From Candidatus Saccharimonadota bacterium (GTDB taxonomy: Bacteria; Patescibacteriota; Saccharimonadia; Saccharimonadales; UBA10212), in NCBI GenBank assembly GCA_022841445.1, contig JALHRM010000001.1, positions 259,777 to 323,776 of the forward strand: a stretch of DNA of 64,000 nucleotides, given 5' to 3'. The notes under the pieces were generated by a model. The model saw only the letters and a program-made list of their open reading frames with translations. It did no database searches and was not told where the DNA came from. A program made the translations under genes and the position numbers. Below, one piece after another: positions 19,282-26,210 of the stretch. Every line of letters starts with the position of its first letter. The stretch's first letter is position 1.

Positions 19282-19755
19282 ATGCCCAATAAAATACGAA
19301 ATTTCTTGGTTGGCACAACGACCGTATTCATTATTGCCGCCCCTGTGGCTGCCTCTGCTCAGACTAATCCTACTACAACTCCTGCACCCCCGACGAATGA
19401 CCCAAACACTAGCCTAACTGTCGAGCAAGTTTCCCCTGATATTGTTCGCGGGCTGTGCCAAGGTATTAATTTGCAGGTAGGTACCGATTGCAGTCAAACC
19501 GAATTAAGTGATGAAGAAGCGACCGAGCGTGTTAACGCGCTCATACGCACGATAATTAATATCTTCTCACTGGTGGTTGGCGTGGTCGCGGTAATTATGA
19601 TCATTATCGGCGGCCTTAAATACATTACCAGCGGTGGTGATAGTAGTAATGTAACGGGCGCCAAAAACACCATCTTGTACGCTATCATTGGCCTTGTAAT
19701 TGTGGCGCTATCTCAGGTTATTGTTAGGTTTGTGCTCAGTCGAGTGACGCAGTAG
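19282..19755 (+). CDS. VirB2/TrbC-like T4SS pilin 7
   Basis: Signal peptide (ASA), Cys pair, VGVVAVIMIIIGGLKYITSGGDSSNVTGAKNTILYAIIG; C-half nearly identical to pilin 6. Confidence 0.88.
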   Translation: MPNKIRNFLVGTTTVFIIAAPVAASAQTNPTTTPAPPTNDPNTSLTVEQVSPDIVRGLCQGINLQVGTDCSQTELSDEEATERVNALIRTIINIFSLVVGVVAVIMIIIGGLKYITSGGDSSNVTGAKNTILYAIIGLVIVALSQVIVRFVLSRVTQ

Positions 19756-19856
19756 GGACCTTGATAAAAAGACTTAGATTATTGATCTAGTATTTAAGAA
19801 AATCTTAACTACAAATAACATCCATAGCCTAAGCTCGAAGACTAGAATCCTTAAGT

Positions 19857-20333
19857 CTAAAGGACTTGGATTTTTTTAACAGTGTCTTGCTTGAGTTTTG
19901 TGAACGAAATAGTGAGTACGCCGTCTTTTAGCATGGCTTCAATTTCATCTTCTTTTACCGGAACCGGCAAGACGATACTTCGGCTGAATTCTCCCCAGTA
20001 GCATTCTTGTACGAAGTAGTTCTCTACCCCATCTTCTGTGCCGGCACTTAAAGTACCACGAATGCTAAGCGTGTTGTCGGAAATGCTGACGTCTAACTCG
20101 CTTTTGTTAACGCCGGCCGTGCGAGCTTTGACTACTAGTTTTTCACGTGTTTCATAAACATCAACCGCTAACTGACCAGCAACGGGCTCTTCTTCGTCCC
20201 ATTCACCTTGAACTTGCTGGGCTGGGTCTGGAGCTCCGGTAACACCTGCTTGGGGCGTATCATCACCTAAAAATGCAGCTGTAAGTTCGTCATCCATGAG
20301 TAGATTGTCGTCTTGGTGGCCTTTACGCGCCAT
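19857..20333 (-). CDS. Small heat-shock protein, Hsp20/alpha-crystallin family
   Basis: GQLAVDVYET...ECYWGEFSRSIVLP...KDGVLTI; start reassigned to MARKG (20333), which has a GGAGGG RBS. Confidence 0.92.
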   Translation of the reverse strand: MARKGHQDDNLLMDDELTAAFLGDDTPQAGVTGAPDPAQQVQGEWDEEEPVAGQLAVDVYETREKLVVKARTAGVNKSELDVSISDNTLSIRGTLSAGTEDGVENYFVQECYWGEFSRSIVLPVPVKEDEIEAMLKDGVLTISFTKLKQDTVKKIQVL

Positions 20334-20454
20334 GTTCCCCTCCAAAGGTTTAACTTTCGTTACAAAACTTTTTATCTTAGAGCCAGTATAGCTTAGTATT
20401 ATCAGAGAGCGCAAGGTGGGTGCGCTGTTATTTACAACAGTAATCCTATGCGAT

Positions 20455-21156
20455 ATGAGCCTATTAGATAATCTTCTTAGCCTGGTTGCTCCACATAAAT
20501 GTGTGGGTTGTGAGTGCGAAGGTGCGGCACTATGTACAATGTGCCGTACCCATTGTATCAAGCCGTTTGCTATGGCTTGTTTTTGGTGTAATGCGCTAAC
20601 TGAGGACGCAAGATTTTGCGTAAAATGTCGCAAACGCAGCCAGCTAACAGGGGCGTACGCTGTTTCGGAATATTCAGAAGTTGTTAAAAGTTTGCTCAGA
20701 GACTACAAGTATCATCACTTTCGCGGTGCTGCACCAGATGTGGCTAAGCTTCTAATCGAAGGAAGTTCTTCTTTTCGCCAACTTATTTTTGGTAAATATA
20801 TTGTTGTTCCAGTTCCCTCAACCGTCAAAAGAATACGTAAACGGAGCTTTGACCATTCACTACTAATGGCGCGTGAGTTTAGCAGACGCACAAGTGGCAA
20901 TCTTGTTCCAGCGCTAAGACGCAGTGGTTCATTGCATCAAGTTGGTTCTAGTCGCCAAGCTCGACTTAGCCAATTAAATAATCTGATGCATGTTCCTGGA
21001 CGGTACGCACAAAGTGTTGATAGGGCTACCATACTACTCATAGACGATGTGGTCACGACGGGGGCAAGTTTGGAAGAATCTGCTCGGGCGCTCAAGCAAG
21101 CTGGTGCAAAGCATATTTTTGGGGTTGTATTGGCTAAGAAGAAGCTCGGAGGCTAG
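20455..21156 (+). CDS. comF: ComF-family phosphoribosyltransferase-domain protein (competence)
   Basis: N-terminal CxxC Zn-finger pairs, VPVP...R.F.H, PRPP loop LLIDDVVTTGASL. Confidence 0.88.
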   Translation: MSLLDNLLSLVAPHKCVGCECEGAALCTMCRTHCIKPFAMACFWCNALTEDARFCVKCRKRSQLTGAYAVSEYSEVVKSLLRDYKYHHFRGAAPDVAKLLIEGSSSFRQLIFGKYIVVPVPSTVKRIRKRSFDHSLLMAREFSRRTSGNLVPALRRSGSLHQVGSSRQARLSQLNNLMHVPGRYAQSVDRATILLIDDVVTTGASLEESARALKQAGAKHIFGVVLAKKKLGG

Positions 21157-21207
21157 TTTCCGACGATCACCTCTGTTATACTAGCTTTACTCGTGGTCTT
21201 AAATTAA

Positions 21208-21297
21208 GGAAGGGTGTCCGAGCGGTTTAAGGAAACGGTCTTGAAAACCGTCGTACCGGCAACGGTACCGTGGGTTCGAATCCCACCCCTTCCGCCA
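21208..21297 (+). tRNA. tRNA-Ser(TGA)
   Basis: Cloverleaf with anticodon arm ACGGT-CT-TGA-AA-ACCGT, long variable arm, GGTTCGAATCC and encoded CCA. Confidence 0.96.
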
Positions 21298-21455
21298 ATT
21301 TTTGCATCGACCTTCATGGTCGTGGCAAAAATTAGTGAAGGCAAGATGCGAACCCAAAAAAAGGTTCGGGCGCCAAGAAGACGCGCGCAGAAGTTTACTT
21401 CGAGCACGTTGACTGCGCATTCGCGTTAGCGAATCATCCCACCCCTTCCGCCAAT
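21298..21455 (+). repeat. tRNA-linked structured element, copy 1 (ends in a 20-nt duplication of the tRNA-Ser 3' end)
   Basis: Shares GCGCGCAGAAGTTTACTTCGAGCACG-n-TGACTGCG with 25264-25298; 21436-21455 duplicates 21280-21299. Confidence 0.85.
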
Positions 21456-21493
21456 CTGTAGCTAAGTGTTATGATTGGATAGTTCTAAAATTA

Positions 21494-21586
21494 GGAGAGG
21501 TACCCAAGAGGCTGAAGGGGGCGGTTTGCTAAATCGCTAGGGGGGAGCAATCCCCCGCGAGGGTTCGAATCCCTCTCTCTCCGCCA
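21494..21586 (+). tRNA. tRNA-Ser(GCT)
   Basis: Anticodon arm GCGGT-TT-GCT-AA-ATCGC, long variable arm, T-arm and CCA. Confidence 0.95.
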
Positions 21587-21601
21587 AGAAAAAGCACCCT
21601 A

Positions 21602-23992
21602 CTAGGGTGTTTTTTCTTGTGTCGAATGATGCTCAAGGTCTTTGACGTCAAGCGTTATGACGCTGCCGGGCTGAGCAGTACCTTGCAATATTCGCGTGGC
21701 AACAGCGTCTTCCACAGTTTTTTGGATGACGCGGCGCATTGGACGAGTTCCAAATTGCGGATCGTATCCTGCTTTGACGATGTAAGATAAAGCCTCGTCG
21801 GTAATCTGTACATGAATGTTCCGCTTGGACAGATTAGAGCCAACTTTTCTAAGCATGATCTTGGCAACTTGAGTAAGTTCTTCTTCGTTGAGCGAACGAA
21901 ACAGCACCACTTCATCAAAACGGTTGATGAGTTCTGGTCTGAACTGGCCGTCTTTAATAAGTTTTTCTACCAGCGGTCGCTCAAACGACTCCAAAGAAAT
22001 ACCGGCCTGGACTGCTTCGGCAATATCACCAGCACCAGCGTTGGATGTGCAGATAATAATGGCGTTTTTGAATGACGCGGGTTTGCCGGCATTGTCAGTG
22101 AGCTGGCCTTCGTCGAGCATTTGAAGTAACAAATTGAGAATGTTGGGGTGGGCTTTTTCGATTTCATCAAGCAAGACTACCGAAAACGGCTGCTGGCGTA
22201 TTCCCATTAAAAGATTTTGATCACCACTGCGACCATCTGCTAGTAGTCTGGTAACGTCAGAAACTTGCTGGTATTCGCTCATATCAAGCCGAATCATGCG
22301 GTGTTCGTCCTTAAAGTATGTGGCTGCAAGCGATCGTGCCAATTCGGTTTTTCCGACCCCTGTCGGCCCAAGAAACAAAAAACTGCCGATTGGTTTGTTG
22401 GGGCTTGATACTCCTGCCCTGCCGCGTCTAAGTGCCGAAGCGACAACTTCGACTGCCCGGTTTTGATTTACCATGCGTTCGTGAATGTGATCTTCGAGAT
22501 GCAGCAGCACATCAGCTTCTGGGGCAGCTGCTGCACCGACTTTGACGCCGAGGCTTTTTTCGACTGCCTGCTGGACTGATTCTTCAGATAGTACTTTGTT
22601 GGTTGCAAACGGTACAGCCTGTTCAAGTAGCGTGATGGCTTTGCCGGGATACGCCTGATCCTGCATGAACTGACCGCTTAGCCGCACTGCTTCCTTGATT
22701 GATTCGTACGGGATGAGTAGATTTGCGCGGTGCTCAAGTATAAGCGCAAAATCCTCTAATATTTTGTAGGTGTCGGGGAGCTCAGGCTCATTTACGTTAA
22801 TGACATTAAAGCCACTGATTAACGATTCGTTAGTGGCTTTAAGTCGTTGAAAATCCCCCGGAGTAAAAGCGGCAATTATTTTGAGGCGGTTATTGCGCAT
22901 AATTGGGAGCAGTATCTGTGATAAATCAAACGCCCCTGTTCCCTGCCCAAAAAACAGCTGAGCATCGTCAAAGAACAAGATGATGTTTTTGGCGTGAATA
23001 GCTTCGGCAAGCAGCGTTAATATGATGCGTTCGAGGTTTCCGCCGCTTCTAGACAAAATCGAAGAAGCATTTAAGCTGACAATTTGGTAGTATCTGAGTC
23101 GGCTGTCACCGCCAGTGATTAGCTTCTCGGCTACGCCGTAAATAAGAGATGTTTTGCCAGTACCCGCCGAGCCAACTAAAGCGACGTTGGCGCTGCCTTC
23201 CGCAAGGTCGTGAACAATCAGATTAACCTTGTCATTACTGGCCAGGTTGTGCCCACCGCCCCTGCCCCTTTCGATGCCTCGACTGATGTTCTGACCAAAT
23301 TCGTCAAGAGTAGGGGTAAAACCAGTTGCCCAGTCTCTACCGACACCTCCAAAGTATGGTTTTGGCTGGTCAAGGTACTGGGACAATCGCTGCAGCCAGG
23401 CGTGGACTTCCACTACTTCATCATCATTAATTTTGAGACGCTCCAAATACTTCATGGCATCAGGCGAAGTAAGGAGCAATGCTGCCGCCAATGTACCGGC
23501 ATTAATTAAGGGGCTGTTTGTCTTCTCGCGTAAATAATCAGCGGCTTTCCATATTGTTTCGGCGGATTTTTCATCATTGCCCAGAAGTCCGCTTACTTCT
23601 TTAGCCGATATATATAGGTGGTTGCAGATAAAGCGCCCTTCTCCGAGGTTTGTTGACGCAATCCACATAGTATGTGGATCAACTTGTCCAGGCAGTTTGG
23701 CGAGCAGGCGAGGTTCCAGTATGTCGTCCAGTGTGCTTGGCACTTTGGGTGCCGGGATGTTCGATAGATCGTATCGATACCACAGCGCAATGACAAGTAG
23801 CAGCAAAGACACGCTCATACATAGGTAAGAAAGCTGGTTGAGTTGGTTATCGTTGGCGATGGCAAGGTAAAGACCTAAAAGCGAGAATCCTGCGGCGGTT
23901 AAGAGTAGCAGCCATAGACCAGTTGGTTTAATGAGGTTTGCCAGCCTCGCCTTTTTGCTGCGAAGACTGTGAAAATGCACTTCAAACTTCAT
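21602..23992 (-). CDS. Membrane-anchored ClpA/ClpB-family AAA+ ATPase
   Basis: Two N-terminal TMs; AAA1 GSAGTGKT/FFDDA; AAA2 FLFLGPTGVGKTE, RLDMSEY, LLDEIEKAH, FRPELINRFD. Start set at MKFEV (23992), overlapping the upstream stop (ATGA). Confidence 0.88.
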   Translation of the reverse strand: MKFEVHFHSLRSKKARLANLIKPTGLWLLLLTAAGFSLLGLYLAIANDNQLNQLSYLCMSVSLLLLVIALWYRYDLSNIPAPKVPSTLDDILEPRLLAKLPGQVDPHTMWIASTNLGEGRFICNHLYISAKEVSGLLGNDEKSAETIWKAADYLREKTNSPLINAGTLAAALLLTSPDAMKYLERLKINDDEVVEVHAWLQRLSQYLDQPKPYFGGVGRDWATGFTPTLDEFGQNISRGIERGRGGGHNLASNDKVNLIVHDLAEGSANVALVGSAGTGKTSLIYGVAEKLITGGDSRLRYYQIVSLNASSILSRSGGNLERIILTLLAEAIHAKNIILFFDDAQLFFGQGTGAFDLSQILLPIMRNNRLKIIAAFTPGDFQRLKATNESLISGFNVINVNEPELPDTYKILEDFALILEHRANLLIPYESIKEAVRLSGQFMQDQAYPGKAITLLEQAVPFATNKVLSEESVQQAVEKSLGVKVGAAAAPEADVLLHLEDHIHERMVNQNRAVEVVASALRRGRAGVSSPNKPIGSFLFLGPTGVGKTELARSLAATYFKDEHRMIRLDMSEYQQVSDVTRLLADGRSGDQNLLMGIRQQPFSVVLLDEIEKAHPNILNLLLQMLDEGQLTDNAGKPASFKNAIIICTSNAGAGDIAEAVQAGISLESFERPLVEKLIKDGQFRPELINRFDEVVLFRSLNEEELTQVAKIMLRKVGSNLSKRNIHVQITDEALSYIVKAGYDPQFGTRPMRRVIQKTVEDAVATRILQGTAQPGSVITLDVKDLEHHSTQEKTP

Positions 23993-24348
23993 CCGATAAT
24001 TCCTCGAATCAAAAAGTAAATAACTCCTACTGGCAGGAGCGGCCATATAATTGCGCTAATCAGTCCAAAAACTCCGGCGACTGCTGTTAGAAATAGAGCT
24101 GTCAGTAGGACAATAAACCGTACAAAAAAACCTATGACGCGCGAAACAAAGTTATCAACTAAAGCTCTAAATTTTGCATCCAAAGATTTGCCAGGTAGTG
24201 AAATTATTTGTTTCCACGGTGAAAACAATGTGGTAAACAAAATTCCAATAGAAAACGAACGCTCTACGCTTGCCGTCCATGTTACGACTGCACGTAGGGC
24301 TCGAGACCAGCCTGGCCCGTACCACCAACGGATGAAGGCTACAAACAT
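23989..24348 (-). CDS. Small membrane protein translationally coupled to the Clp ATPase
   Basis: 119 aa, F..WWY...FS...L..TLFSPWK pattern and two C-terminal TMs; 4-nt overlap. Confidence 0.8.
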   Translation of the reverse strand: MFVAFIRWWYGPGWSRALRAVVTWTASVERSFSIGILFTTLFSPWKQIISLPGKSLDAKFRALVDNFVSRVIGFFVRFIVLLTALFLTAVAGVFGLISAIIWPLLPVGVIYFLIRGIIG

Positions 24349-24466
24349 AACCCTATTGTACTGGCAGATTACATCGGTTACTAGAGGTACTGCGCGAATC
24401 GTATCTAGAGTCGTTGTATTGCGCCAGGATAACCACTAGAATATAAGAATAAAGCGAGTACTTACT

Positions 24467-25033
24467 GTGGCTGAAGATCAAGGTAGTTGGACGTACAATT
24501 CAGGCAACGAACAACCCAACCAAGCTGGCGGTGATGCGGTTCAAGCCGCTGAAGCTTCTCCGGCATTGCCTCGGCCTGCTGATGTTATATGGTCGGCATC
24601 TGAATATGTGCAACATCACCATGGTGCAACATGGTACGGCGCACTAGGTGTCGGAGCCGTTGGTGTCGGGATTGTTTTATATGTTCTAACCCGCAGCATT
24701 TTCTCAGCTGCAATAGTTCCGGTACTGGCGATTATTATCGGGGTATTCGCCAGCAGACCACCAAGAACCATACAATATGGACTTTCTGACAGCGGGCTCA
24801 GCATAGGCAGTCGATTATATTCGTATAGCAACTTTAAGTCTTTTTCAGTAATCGATGAGGGCGCCGTGCAAAGCATTCTCCTGATGCCTATTAAACGTTT
24901 TATGCCACCGGTATCAGCTTATTTTTCTGATGCCGATGGTGACAAAATCGTTAATAAGCTTGGCGATTATCTGCCATTTGAGACGGCTGAACTAGATGGC
25001 ACGCAGCGCCTTGCCCGTAAGCTACGATTCTAG
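24467..25033 (+). CDS. Conserved membrane protein (two TMs + PH-like C-domain)
   Basis: W.ASEY..H....WY, two TMs, Y.Y..FKSF pattern; 188 aa. Confidence 0.75.
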   Translation: MAEDQGSWTYNSGNEQPNQAGGDAVQAAEASPALPRPADVIWSASEYVQHHHGATWYGALGVGAVGVGIVLYVLTRSIFSAAIVPVLAIIIGVFASRPPRTIQYGLSDSGLSIGSRLYSYSNFKSFSVIDEGAVQSILLMPIKRFMPPVSAYFSDADGDKIVNKLGDYLPFETAELDGTQRLARKLRF

Positions 25034-25094
25034 TCCACCGGCAAGAGACTGGTAAAAGAACGCCAAAAATGTTACAATTACCCCTGTTGTTCGT

Positions 25095-25171
25095 GCACCC
25101 GTAGCTCAGCTGGATAGAGCGTTGGCTTGCGGAGCCAAAGGTCGTAGGTTCGAATCCTGTCGGGTGTACCA
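25095..25171 (+). tRNA. tRNA-Arg(GCG)
   Basis: GCACCCG acceptor, AGCTCAGCTGGATAGAGC D-arm, anticodon arm TTGGC-TT-GCG-GA-GCCAA, GGTTCGAATCC and CCA. Confidence 0.95.
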
Positions 25172-25328
25172 AAATAAAATCCTCAGCAAAGCTGGGGTTT
25201 TTATTTTGGTAGATTCGCTAAGCGAATCCGAACCTACGCAGCAGGTCGGACGCCAAGGAGCCTGCGCGCAGAAGTTTACTTCGAGCACGGTGACTGCGTG
25301 TTCACTGCAGTGAACCATCCTGTCGGGT
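25172..25328 (+). repeat. tRNA-linked structured element, copy 2 (ends in a 12-nt duplication of the tRNA-Arg 3' region)
   Basis: 26-nt core identical to 21383-21408; 25317-25328 (ATCCTGTCGGGT) duplicates 25154-25165. Confidence 0.85.
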
Positions 25329-25332
25329 AAGT

Positions 25333-25935
25333 CTAAAATCCTAATGCAGCACGTACAGAGTCGAAAGTGGGCTCATTGTAGGCAACGTACTTCCCTATCG
25401 AGTTGCCGGCGCTATCCAGTTTCACGAATGTTGTTTGCAAAGTTATCCCATATTTTTGTCGCAGACTTTGTGCGGTGTCGTAATCAACTTTAAAAACTGT
25501 TACGCCCGAGGGGACTCCATCGTTTTTGATGTCGGCGTCAACTTTTTGGCACTGTGGGCACCAGCTAGCATGGAAGAATAATACTCGCTGCCCTGATGTT
25601 GAAGCTAGCGCGCTGTCAGTGTAGCTAATATATGAGCCAGTAGCAGGTGCTGGCGGAACGGACTTTGGTTGAGCTTGCGGTTGCACAGCGGGTGCAGCAG
25701 CAGGTGCTGGAGGAGTACTGGGGGTTGCTTGGGCTGGAGGAGCTACAGCTGCGCTCTCCGTTGTTGGTTTCAAAATCTTTTCATTGTCGGTTTTTATGTC
25801 ACTCGTTTTTTTGGTAATGACGGAAATTTCTTGATTCTGCCTACCGGATCGTGCCAGGGTCCATGTGCCGACTATAGTTAACAGTGCAAAGAACACAACA
25901 ACCCATACTCGAAAGGCCGGGATTTTTTTCAGCAC
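25333..25935 (-). CDS. Membrane-anchored thioredoxin-family protein
   Basis: N-terminal TM, Pro/Ala linker, FFHASWCPQC. Confidence 0.88.
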   Translation of the reverse strand: MLKKIPAFRVWVVVFFALLTIVGTWTLARSGRQNQEISVITKKTSDIKTDNEKILKPTTESAAVAPPAQATPSTPPAPAAAPAVQPQAQPKSVPPAPATGSYISYTDSALASTSGQRVLFFHASWCPQCQKVDADIKNDGVPSGVTVFKVDYDTAQSLRQKYGITLQTTFVKLDSAGNSIGKYVAYNEPTFDSVRAALGF

Positions 25936-26184
25936 CTAAATGCCGAGTACTTTCTTAAATTTGCCTTGGTCAAAACCAAGGATTTTAGTGATGTTGCCGG
26001 CATCATCTTCAATAACACTGAAAGGTACGCCAAAGTTACCATCATTAACACTCATGAATTCAGCCATTCCAGCCGGGTCATCATCAGTAACAACTTTCTT
26101 GAATGGAATATTTTGTTTATCCAGCCATGAGTACAGCGCATGACAAAAGCTGCACGTGGTTGTTGAGTAAATAGTAATGTTCAT
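25936..26184 (-). CDS. Glutaredoxin/NrdH-like redoxin
   Basis: IYSTTTCSFC, cis-Pro GVP, GFD; 82 aa. Confidence 0.88.
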   Translation of the reverse strand: MNITIYSTTTCSFCHALYSWLDKQNIPFKKVVTDDDPAGMAEFMSVNDGNFGVPFSVIEDDAGNITKILGFDQGKFKKVLGI

Positions 26185-26210
26185 CGATTTTCTCCCTCTG
26201 TTATTTTAAA

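Noticed and set aside
1507..19755. ICE/conjugative element or prophage
   Set aside because: No integrase, relaxase, coupling protein, att repeats or phage structural genes in the window.
20334..20633. 100-aa N-terminal extension of Hsp20 in the ORF track (likewise the extensions of Clp, valS, carA and carB)
   Set aside because: The extensions overlap neighbouring genes or promoters; downstream starts have better RBS/-10 or coupling support.
21199..21429. Short ORFs over tRNA-Ser and the element (also 24951-25318, 31473-31688, 49196-49384), including the shared peptide AQKFTSST
   Set aside because: They are translations of tRNA genes and of the non-coding repeat; the shared peptide simply reflects the DNA repeat.
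21298..25328. CRISPR array or standard attL/attR of an integrated island
   Set aside because: Only two copies 3.9 kb apart with no spacers or cas genes; each tRNA-end duplication encloses only ~140-150 nt with no integrase, and the two duplications derive from different tRNAs.
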